Source: Lingula anatina (Eukaryota; Animalia; Brachiopoda). From it: 64,000 nt of DNA. The DNA is taken from the NCBI GenBank assembly GCA_051362555.1, contig CM120640.1:2108001-2172000 (forward strand), written 5' to 3'. The notes below the pieces were generated by a model. It worked only from the letters and a program-made list of their open reading frames with translations, was not told where the DNA came from and ran no database searches. A program made the translations under genes and the position numbers. Shown piece after piece: positions 1-12,500 of the stretch; the stretch's first letter is position 1; the number at the start of each line of letters is the position of its first letter.

Positions 1-571
1 AACTAAGGTACGCAACTTGCGATAACACATATTTGCCGTACAAATAAGTTGAGATAACATTGTTCTGCAAAGTTTACTTCCGTATGAGAACATCTAATGA
101 TCAATGATCTCCTTTAGCGTTGCCCTGGTAGAGGGTTTTCAGGGGGTCAGTGCGTATTTTTTTTCTTGGTTATAACAAAAATTCCAGCTTTTACGCTACT
201 AGATTTGATTAAAAGTGGTGTGATTCAGCCTTTTCTTTCTCTTCTTTTATTTCAATTATTTTATTTTTGTCCTATTTATTTATTCATTAACTTATTTTGA
301 AATTATAATATATTTATTTATTTATTTATTTATAACCTTGTAACGATATTTGTTTATATTTTTATGATAATATTATCGTTGTAAAAATGTATCATGTCTT
401 ATCGTGGGGGGGGGGGGCGAAAGTCAGTAAACTATTTTTTGCATTCAATGTGTATTTTCTGTACTTGTTGTATACTAGTAACATGTACACTGCAGAAGTA
501 CGATGGAGCATGGAAGGTTATGGATCAGCAGGCGGCTCATCTTGGGTCAGTAACGCCATCTTTAAACCAAA

Positions 572-3500
572 ATGGGTAGTGCATGGGCGAAGACTGTGCC
601 TTCTTCCACAGATTTTTATGAGCTTTATCAGGCACTTATACAGGTAAAAAACATGTGTTGACCGTCTTAGCTGAAATAGATGAAGGGGAAACTATATGGA
701 AATTATTGAAAGCAATGGCTTTTTGGGATATTCTGTAGTAGTCAAAGTAGCCGGTGTTTTCTTGGTTGTCAAACGCGAGTTATGCAAAACTATAAATATA
801 CTACAAAGTCGTACGATGCCGGATGAGTCACCTTGGCAATATAGAACATTTGATACCTTTCTGCTAGATGTGGTTAGTTCACTAGTTATATGGCCTTATA
901 TGCTAACATTTGTTACGAATAATTACCCTCCCAAAGAATGCACATGCTTGGTGATAATCTTTCTCTCAACAAATTATTCAAGTTCCTGTAGCACACGTAC
1001 TGGGGTAGCGCTGGCAATTTATTTCTCTTTATTTATTTCTACCTCAGCATGTACAGCTATAGACAAATAATTGAAAATATGAATGTTATGTCAGGTTAAC
1101 TGCAAAGGCAGCAGGACAAATAATCAGAGGCAAGATTTTATAGTATGTCTTTGTTTGATTTGTTTTGTGCTCTGCAGGCTCCAGTTTATCATCTGGTGGT
1201 AGAAGCTTTGCTCATCATCTGGATAATCAAGTTAATTTTTACCAAGAAAACTCCACCAAAACAAACAGCAAGCGAACTTACAGAAAAGGTATCTGAAAAT
1301 TTGCTTAATGGGTTCAATGTCAAGTTCATATATGTTTGTTTTTATTCTTATTTTCACTGATTCCAAGTAAAATAGTAAGAAGTGTTAGCATTGATTTAAT
1401 TTTTTTTAATTGGTATGAACTGCAACAGAATGGTATAAGTTTTATGGTAAATGAAATGAAGTACAGAGGGAAACTATAAATAATATGGAATTGCTCTGTA
1501 AAACATCTCCTATATGCTGCCCTTTGGTCTATTTTTCTAGGAGAAGGAAGAGTTGGTTGTGGAATGGATACCAGAGCCCCTTGTACCTGAGGTTGACCCA
1601 GACCACCCCGCCCTCCGCGCATTCCAGGACAACACAGTGGAAGGGTAAGAGAACGGAAGATTTTGATTTTCAGTTTGCTTAATATTTGTGAAATAATTTT
1701 ACATACTTATGATTACATGATTTGTCTGTGGGTAAGAGAACAGAATTATGATTTTGATTTGCTAAATATTTAGGAAGAATTTTTTGCTTGTATTTACAAT
1801 TGCATGGATATCTGTATAAGTCACTTTTGTTAATAAAACTATATGCAGGAGCAAGAGGATAAACTGTTTTATATTTTATGTGGATATAGTGATTGTCATT
1901 TGTAGAACTGAGTAATATTTTATGTGCCTTGATAAAAGAAAAGAATGAAACAGACAGTAAGAAGTTCCTGAAAGTTGTCACTTTTTTCAGTAAGATTTTA
2001 GAAGAAAAATATGTACTGTAACATGTTTTCCATCTAAAATAAAATGAAATGAAAAACATCAACACATTTGTTTCTTTATTTCAAACAGAAAAATTGGAAA
2101 GTTTGTGAAAAAATCAGGTGGTAAAGAATGCTTGAATGCTGCCACATTCAACTTCCTTGGCATGGTGGGGAAGTCCTCTATAGAGGTGCGTCACTGGCTC
2201 TCTTAGGCTTCATTCACATGCAATGTCTATTTTCTAAATTTTTTAGAAAATAGACATTCCATGTGAACGAAGCCTTACTTATGTCATTGTAGCTATACAC
2301 TATAATAATGTCTATGTTTTTATTTACATGTTTATTATTGCAAATTTTACAGGTTTGTACAGTGGAATTCACTCTGTAAATTTTTTATGACTCATTTGCT
2401 TTTTTCATCATTCAAGATAATATTGACGAGATTCAGATGTCATTTATTTTGAGAATCACCAGTTTGCAATATAATCCCCATTTCCCAATTTATTTTCTAA
2501 CTTGCTTTATTTCTGACCAGTATTTTGTACTGTATTTAGGAGGCTGCCGTGAAGTCCCTGAGGAAGTATGGCGTTGGCTCATGTGGTCCGCGTGGGTTCT
2601 ATGGGACAGTGGGTAAGGCGGCCGTGGTGATGATCTGGACATATTAAATGTTAATGCAGAGGAATTTATGTGAATGTTATTTAACTTCAAAATATCATTT
2701 CATATGGCAGGTGATTCTTTCAATTTATACACAGTGCTAAACTGTCCTTTTGTCATAGATGTTTTTAGGTACAATATTATAAAAGTACATCCATTATTAA
2801 TGTTTATTAAATTTTGATACTTTTTTTTTGCATTAAGACAATCGACATAGGCCAGTGGTCTCATTTGTAGTAAAGAAACTTAAGGCCTCTTCATGTCATA
2901 TGTTCTATATTCATGTTATGTTTTGAGAGGCTCAGCCATGTAATAACCCTACAATGGAGTTAACCCTCTTTCACAAGTTTACTTCCTTCTGTTTGGGTGT
3001 AATTTCTATGGAAATTAGATAGTTAGTGTTTATTTATTGGCCACACAAAGTATGGGAGCTCTTTATAGCAGGCATGAGGTTTTGCACTGAATTACAGAAT
3101 TCTGTAATTTTTTATTCACTTCTGAAGGCAGCCCATGGACCCCCTGGTTAAAAGATGTTTGTCCCACATTAAATGTTCAAAGTTTTAAAAAAGCTATAAA
3201 AAAGGATAATGAATATGCTTTAAGAAAAACTGTTTGTTATATATAAATCCTAATGTATTTAATGTTTTGTTTTCATCTGTCTTCTGTTTTTCTTCATCAA
3301 GATGTCCACCTTGAACTGGAGGACCGCCTGGCAAAGTTCATGCAGTGCGAGGAGGCCATCTTGTATGCTTATGGCTTTGCCACCGTGGCTAGTGCCATAC
3401 CCGCCTATTCTAAGAGAGGGGATATTATATTTTGGTGAGAGAAGAAAATATATTTTGTTTGTGATGGTTTGGTATTAAAAGATGAAATGTATAGTGAATG

Positions 3501-6500
3501 ACTAATGTTCATACTTTTAATATAATTTGTTTGTGATGGTTTGCATTCATGTTTATGAATGATTGACCATGTATTCTCTCTGTGATAAAATTGTAAAAAA
3601 AAAGAAGAATATACCCATTTAATAGAAAAAAGAAAATTAGATTTTAAAATGCAATGCATGTGTTTTTTGCCAGTCAAGAAAAAGTATGCTTGGAGCATTT
3701 TATTCTGCTGTTATGTAATAAAAGAAGTCTTTCAACTTTCTGTCTCTCTCTCCAGTGATGAAGGTGTGAATTTTGCCATCCAGAAAGGGTTGTCTGCCTC
3801 GAGGTCGTCCCTCAGGTTCTTCAAACACAATGATATGAACGACTTGGAAAGACTGCTACAGGAGCAACAGGCCAAAGATAAACTAGTATGCCATACCTGA
3901 GATAGTTTTGTACTTTTAATTGTCCACTCTTTATAAACATTCTCCTCAAAGAAAACAAAACCTGTAAAACGTTATATCGATATTTTTTCCCACTTTTTCG
4001 TCATTCTTTGAAAATTTGTTCTAGTATTGGTTAATACCTGGTATATAACAGAGTAAGTTTGGTTGGGGATATGCACATTATGAATGCATATTGAAAAAAG
4101 GAATTAATTTGGAAATCTGTGTACATTCTAGAATCCTAAGAAAGCCAAAGCCACCAGAAGATTCCTAGTAGTGGAGGGGCTGTACACTAACTATGGAGAT
4201 TTGTGTCCACTGCCTCAGCTGGTAACTATATCTTGGTTATGTAAGATCTATCATTGAAAACAGATTTACTGAACTTCATCTAGTAAATTGTCCATAATAG
4301 TGTTGTTCGTGAAGAAAAATTTCAGTATAAAAACGTGAAATGTGCTTGTTTGGACCTTTCAGCACATATATGAAAATATGATTTACTATAGAAAAATAGT
4401 TGAAGCAAATGCAAAATGGTAGTTTGTAGTTGATTTGTTCATGTAAAAGACTGCCTAATGTGTCTCGTTTTTTTTTCAGATTGAATTTAAATACAAATAC
4501 AAAGTAAGGTTATTTGTTGAAGAAAGCTTCTCATTTGGAGTCCTTGGTGCTACAGGAAAAGGAATCTCAGAACACTTTGGGGTTAATGTAAGTAATTATT
4601 GTAAATAAAACAACAAGCTGATAATATCTTAACAAGCTTTATTTAAGCGTTCTTTTCACAAGGTCAAGCAGCTTTCCCATGAGCTCATCTAAAGTTAAAG
4701 ATTAGGCATAAAAATATTTTTCTCTGAAAATAACTATCTTCCACTTAAATGTTTAGTCCCATTTTCTCATTTTTTGGACACCTTGATTTTGCCAATAGCC
4801 TGATATGACTGAAATCTGAGTTATTCACACATGAGCTTTTTTTCGTGGAAATGCGAAATTCCATGTTTTATAATTCAGTTCTGATGGTTTGTAGATTTGT
4901 TCCCCGGATCCCCCCCCCCCCCCCACCCCACCCCGGTTAGGTGTTGGGTCCCATGATAAATGTTCAGAGTTTTTTTTTATTTTTTGAAACCTATGCTCAT
5001 GTTTGGTTATTCCTTGACAATACCTTAGTGAATGACCTACAATTCAGCAAACAGTAACACATGGAAGAAAATAATCTCAGATTGTGAAAACCTGGATAAA
5101 AATACTGAATATGGACGACAAACTAACATATTTATATGAAAATATAAGAATCATTATTTGGGGACGTTTGGACTAAACAAAATGTGAAGAAAAAAACTTT
5201 CACATTAAGTTATATATCTTCAAAACTGACATGCTTACATAACTAGTGTAAATGGTATTTATATTTTAAAAAAAGAATTTAAGAAAACAATCTACTTTGA
5301 CTCATTCCATGACAAAGAAAACTATGCGACACTCACTAGATTTTGGGTAATTTCTCATAAAGCAAGAACAGAAACAAGCAGCATGCCTTGCCTAACCCAA
5401 CTCCCTAAGATAATGTGTGCTTTTAAATTATAATTTAGAAGTGGGAAATTAAATACAGTTCCTAGCATACTCCCATTCTTGTCGCATACACTCCACATGT
5501 AACAGTCTACAATGCGAAAGTAATGAGACTACAACTGAGTTTTAACTGATAAATATAGTACTTTTAATTTAAGAGGCAATAAGGTAACAACAAAAGTCTT
5601 CACAAATAAACCATCTTAAATAACATTACTGCCCATTTGACATTTGAATGATAAGGGCTATCAAATGTGTATTCGCTTTTTGCTGATTGACGTTTGTTTT
5701 CAGCTGACACTGTCAAAGCAATTTTACTGCCGTTTCATCTGCATTTTCTGTAGGTGGCTCCAACAGATCAGCGAGATGTGAGAAATTTTTCTCACGCAGA
5801 ACGCTGCAAAAGTGACACATTGGATTCTTTTCTGGAGAACATTTATACACTCTCTTCAGTAGTTCGTAGCACCCCTCTTTCCGTGAAGTATTGCATGCCT
5901 CTCGAATAACATCTGTATCTTCTATATCCAGAACATTCTTTTCCAAAAGGTAGGACAAGACAGGTAAAGGGTTGAGGTCATCTTCAAAACAAGTCCAATT
6001 GGTTTTTAGATTTTTGAATTGTCTCTCCGTTTCTTTATGATCCTGAAATGAAGAACACAAAATGCAATAACATTGTAACAACTATTTGATTGGTTGTCAC
6101 AATGTATTGTATGGTAAACAGTTAAGATATCTGTTTATTTTTTAATATGTAAAAGGTGTGACAATAATTCCCAAATGCTTTATCACAGTCATTCACATTT
6201 CAGGACTTTAAAAGTACAAACCTAAAATTTGAATACAGTGGGGAGGATTTCCAACTGTCTTATTTAATTTATTAAAACATTTGGGTAAAAGAATTAGAAA
6301 TGAATTTCAAATCATCTACTCAAACTAATTTTCTCTCTCTCTCTTTCTCTCTCTCTTGACGATTATTGGATTTATATTTAAAAAGTAAACACCAGTACAC
6401 CCGAAATGGGATTTAAGGAACTTTACATGTTTTAGTTTAAAAATCATCAATCTCTGTGTTCTTGCTAAACTTTGTATTAAGGTCTTTGGCTATTGTGTTT

Positions 6501-9500
6501 TATCAAGCTGTTGTTGCATACAAGATTGACAAAGGATTTTTATCTAATTGGCATGCAATTCAGTAATATGAGGACAACTTACCTGTACAGTGACATGTAC
6601 AGTCTTGGGTGTGCAAGTGGTACAGGAACAGCTGATAGGAATGTCACCAGTTGGTAATTCTTTTGACTCCTCATTGACCAAATCGCACACATGGATATGG
6701 TTCTAAAATATAATGTTTTTGATAACCAGATCAACTTGCATATGACAGTTGTTTTTCTGTTATATCATTTTACTGACATAACTTCAAAATTATTGTTTCT
6801 TCCACAAGATGTTATATGTAATAAGAAATGGGACAATTAGTGTGGTTATGACAAGATACTGCAAAAAGTGACTTATTACTGAAAGAAGAATACACTTGTG
6901 GTCTTTTATGATAAAGATTTCAGCAGAATTTATGATACCTGAGGATCCTTGTGGTGACAGTCTAAGGCCTCTAATTCTGCTGGTCCCATGATGTACCTCA
7001 TGTAGAGAAAATCTCTTTGCATCAGCTCTTGAAGAAATCTGTGTAACATTCTGAGAATGCCACAGATGGCCATGTATGGTATATTTCTGGTGGTAACTTG
7101 TATCACATTCTGGAATGCTGTTGGATTAAGCATTGTTAACCTGTAGACTTGGGTGGTTTGCTGTCCTTCTGTGTCATGGTGATAGTGTAATATGGCCATG
7201 TTATAGTAGATCAAAGGATCTGATGCATCATCAAGAAAGTAGCTTTCTCCAGATGCTGTGTGGCATTTCACCAGAAGACACAGGAAGACATTCTGAGCAG
7301 AGTGTCTGTTGGTATTCTTGATATCAATGTAGAAATGTTGGTCAGTTTCCTGACCAGTCCATAGATGGCGCTCTCTGCCAGAGGAACCATTCTCGTACTT
7401 TGGCAGTCTGTTAGGAGGCACCAGCAGCCGTTCCCCTCTTTCTTTGTATTCAATGACAAGCTCATATGCTTTCAGGAGATCCACCATGATTTCTGGCTGT
7501 ATGTCTTTCACTTGAACTGCAGTTTTTAAAGTGTATTCTGTGAGGGGAACACAGCCTTTCTGTGGGTTGATGAAAGTTGCCAGTTTTATAACTTTGTCTA
7601 TGAGGACAGTCTGATCAATAACAACAGAGTGTTCTTGGTTGTTTCTAGAATTCTTTTGTATGATGTCTCCACGGCGATTAAAAAATTGTATCATCTGGGA
7701 AAAATCATTTCTCGTCATGTACAAAGTCTAGAGCTTCCTCTCTGAGTTCTGCCAGTGTTATCACACTTTTACCAGACAACATGTATCTTTCTTGTACTTT
7801 GAGGAATTTCAGCCATTTTATGGGTACCTTTTCTTTCAAGAAGGACAGTTCCATAGCAATATCGACTATCTCTTGTTTGACATAGCAAGCTTCCTTATCC
7901 TCAGCCAAACTAACTTTGTTCTCAACTTCAAACACAACTGTGTCACACAAGCAGCTGCTTGGCATCTTGTTCTGAACCAAGTAATCGAAGTATTTTGATT
8001 TCCGTAAATGTTCTGTAAGTTGTTTTGCAATGTTTTCTCTTAGAACCCTGTCAACACTGTCCCTGTGTGTACCAACAATAAAAACTGAGCGAACAGGTCC
8101 TTCTGTGTGGACATAACTAGAAATCAGATTCAACCAGTAAACAAGGTCTTCAAGTTGTGCAGCCATGTCTCTTTGAGCCATTACAAAGTCAAAGACAACA
8201 ATGTAGATGGCACTTTGAGGCATGAGAACCCGTCTGGCTATATAGTACACTGCATGACCAGCAAAGTCTATTACATGGAAGTGGATTGGAATACCTCTCT
8301 TTCCACGCTCATTGTCTAGGATAGCTCGTCTAAGTTTTACACTATTGAATACCTTGTTTTGGACTACATTATAATAACCATATAACTCTGGACAAATTAT
8401 CACAATCAAACCAATGAAAGATTCAAGAATTTTCCAGTTGTCATTTACTTGCCACAGTATTAATTCCATACCGAAAGCCCATGCCATTGTAGACCCTATC
8501 AACAAACCTATGGCTCTCTTGGCAAAGTTGGTGAAATTTACTCTAGTGACTATATTTCTTCCAAGTTTTACTATCCCCACCATTGTCCAGAAAAGATAAT
8601 GAAAGCCAAATAAAGCAGTCAGTGTGTGTAATGAAACATCTGCCATAGAGAGATATGCTGAGAGTGCAGCCATCATCAACCAAAGTGTATATTTTAATGT
8701 AGGCGGTATACCACCTCTGCAGGTCTTGAGGTAGAAAAATGCTCCCAGAAATGCACCAAAATGATAGTAGAGATGTGAAAAATCATGGAATTTCAAATTG
8801 AAAATATGCTCTAGTACTTCGTTTATGTTGTCATGTAAAGGGAGGTGAAATATACAAAAAGCAGCTGCTATGCTAACCCTAAACCCACAGGAGTAGCTTG
8901 CACCAAGAATTGAAATGCCAACAATGAATGCTACCAACAGTGGAAATGCATAAGTCTGAAATTCTATTAGTATACCAAGATACGTTTGTACTACAATAAT
9001 TCCAATAGCCCCACCTTGCCCATATCTCACCCCTGACACAATCTTACAGTCAGGTAAGTAGGCCAGATAGATTGCAACACAGAGTAAGGGGACAAACCCA
9101 CAGTTAAACGCCTGTCTTCCAAGATCACAAACCATATTGGCAATGACATAAGCTGCAAAGACGAGGTAATGGCTGATTTTCCCAAGAACAGCAAAAATAC
9201 CCTGGACAATATTTTGCTGTTCCTGGGGTGTATTTAAATGCCCCTGAGGGGTCCGCTGTGGTTGGGTTACGGATACAGTATTTTGTGCAGTGTACACCAA
9301 TGTGGCTCTCTCTTCTTCATCAACTGGTTTAACAATGTCCTTCCACTGGTCGTCTACTCTATATATTTCTATGTTATGCAAGTCAGCAGCTTGTGTGGGA
9401 ACATGAGCTTCCTGGAATTCTAACTCTCTCAGATGTCTTAGAAGAGACATTTTACCAGCTCCACTCTGCCCTAGAACTGGTATCTTACAGACACCAAGTT

Positions 9501-12500
9501 CAGCTTGTCCTATATCTTTCCCTCTTGTGTAGATGTGTTTGATGTTCTCATTTTGTGGAAGTGCCCGTAGGCTGACACTGGTGCTGTGACCGGAGGAGGT
9601 AAAAAGATTTTCTCTTAAATCTTCCACTTGGCTCATTTTGATATTTTTCTGCTGTTATAAGCTCAATACTTAGGAAGTATATAATCTAAAGAAGTTGTTT
9701 ATTCCCTGGTGGATGTTAAGGAAAGAGGTTGTTCACTAAGTCAGCATTGTCCATCTTTCCTTGCTTTCTTGAACTCCTGACTTAGCCTGCAATTGAGAGT
9801 ATTCTACTTTATGACAGTAGCACTTCTACCAGTTATCACTTACATATATGATATTGTAAGTTCATGTGCATATTTTTATCATGCAAAGCTTCTTATCCTT
9901 CCCAATTCAGACAAGACAATAAATAAAAGTTAATCTGAAGCATAAGTAATGTTTTTATCAATTTCTCTGCTTTATCAGGTAGACATGATAGCTCAAACAC
10001 CTGTATTATGTATGACACAGGTAGTAAAAACAATGTCATGTTCTTGAAGGTCAGGAAGGCAGATGTTCTTCTAACTGACTAGCCAAATATTTATAACTAA
10101 ATTACTTTATTAAAATGGAATTAACATCAAATCCTAGTGCGGGAATGGGTCAAACAATGATTTTTGAGTAGGTTAAAAGCTGCCTTTTTCTCTAGAAAAA
10201 TTTGTTTTGGTGGGAAAATCTCTTAAAGAATACCTTAAAGTTGTATATTCACACAAGTTCAGACCCTGATAACTGCACAGTTGTTTTGATCGGTAAACCT
10301 AAATGAGTCATGATAAACATTAAGGTGCTTTGCTAATCATTTACTAGGCAAGCAGACAGTTATTGATTTTAATCAACTGACACGGACTGAAGCCTAATAT
10401 ACTGTTGCCTTTTAATGTGTGACTGATAAGAACAGAGCACACCAAAAAATAAAAGAGCGTCCTTGATGATTTAATGCAACATGTATGTGCTTAATATGAC
10501 TCATGAGTCTCTTCTGAAAAGAATGCCAGTGTTTTTATTTAAAGCAAACTTAAATGTATTTAATAAAATTCTTAAAAGTTTAGGTATTTAACTTAAGACA
10601 TGTTGAAAATATAATATTTTATTGTACCGTCAAAAGAGTTTTGACCACGGCATTTCCTCTACAATAGTGTCAACAGTTAGGTTTCTGTTGTATTGTGAAT
10701 TTAATTTACCAACAGCGCAGTGTTGGCAGTTATCATAGTTAACCTGTCTTGTCCGCCATATCAGCTGTAACGGCCAGCTCTGCCGCCAAGTCACAGTTTC
10801 ATGCTTCTCTTCCTAAACATCCTTATTTGTCAGTGTTAAAATTTATTAGGCACAATACTTCAATCAGACATATCAGAATAGTTAAACAGGACGTATACTT
10901 CTTTCCATCATGTACTTTGATGTCAAGTTTTATGCATATATGAACTTCACAGTAAGGCAAAGGTATTTGCTAATATCCCCTTGACCAGTAGAAGTCCTTG
11001 TGATGAGGATGCAACATTCAGAACATTGTCATCACCATAGTTAAATATTGACAAACCTTGTACCTTTAGATCCAGACCCAGAAACAGATTCCATTTATTT
11101 ATTTATTTATTTTTGTTATTTTATCCCAAATGGCTATTTCATAATCTTCATAAATTCTAGCATAATTGATCTTTTTGAATAAGTGTTCTTCTTAGGTACT
11201 CTTGTCTTCAAGTATCGGAGAATTGAAAAGCTCTTACCCCATGTTGTCTTCATGGTACCTCCCCCACTGCCTAGTTGAAGTTTTGAAATGATATACTGGT
11301 AGGCTATGCAAACTTACACTGCACTTTTTTTGACCTACCTGGAGTTATCATATCTGTAAGATATTTTTAGATCTTCTGGAATAACCCGAAGAGGAGTACA
11401 CTACAATATATAGATGTTACTTTGAATTTTTTTCACTTTTATACATAAGCATGCGAAACTTGAATAAAATTTTATTATTAGAATATTACATTAAAGGTAA
11501 TATGAACCGAGCATTGGTGGAGCGTGGATTCCCAGTAACACATATAGACCACTTCTACTAGTTTCTTATAGGACTCAAATAAGTCGACATGCCAAGGGAT
11601 GAACTGAATTAATCACTCCATCAGCCATAAAAGAGCTTTAGAATGCTCCTTTCTTAAAATTTTTGGTTAGAAATTAAACATACTTATGTGACCTACTTTT
11701 TGTGCCCCATGTATATACAGCATAGAAAGCTAGCAGAAAAATTTGTTCAAATATAATTTTTGGTAATTCTCTTAGTTATACTATTTGAAACTTTATGCTG
11801 GCATTTGGTTGGTTTTTGTGGTAAAAATTGACTAAGTGATAGGGAACATGAAATATATATATATAAGACTAGAAAAGCACTCAGAGAGCGCAGACCTCCA
11901 CCAAAGCAGCAAAGTCTCCATCCAATGCCGTTTCACCCCTAAATTTTTGATATTTTTGATTATTGATTATTGATTGATTATTGATCGGGATCACCACCAA
12001 AAATGAATCACTTCTAAGTTAACCCATTTCTGACCTACCCTGAAAATTCCATCGAAATTCATCCATAACTTTTTGAGTTATGTTGATGACAAACAAACAA
12101 ACAGGGGTGAAAACATAACCTCCTTGGCGGAGGTAAATACCGGGTATAATCTCAGATTGTGAAACACTGGATAAAAATGCTGTGTCCTGTAAACAAACAT
12201 ATCTTAATGAAATTAAAAATAACACAGCAGCAGACAGGTAATACTGTGAAAATGGATCTCTCACTGAGTGAAGAAGTAAAAAAAGTTGATTTGGGGTTAT
12301 GTTGACAAAACATAATGGGGAGAAAAACTAAATTAAAATGTATATCCTCAAAACTGCCACATGTACATATCTAGTGTAAATGATAAACTTTATACTTACA
12401 AAAATGATTAATAAATAATTAAAGATATTTACTTTGACACAGTTTATGACAAAAAAGTATGCAACACTCACTAGTTTTCGGGTCAGTTTCAGTAAATTGA

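Noticed and set aside
387-1070. ORFs 387..647, 394..579 and 696..1070
   Set aside because: The SPTLC1-like frame (…[10 protein letters not shown]|) starts at 572 in a different frame; the listed ORFs show no homology and 696..1070 is intronic.
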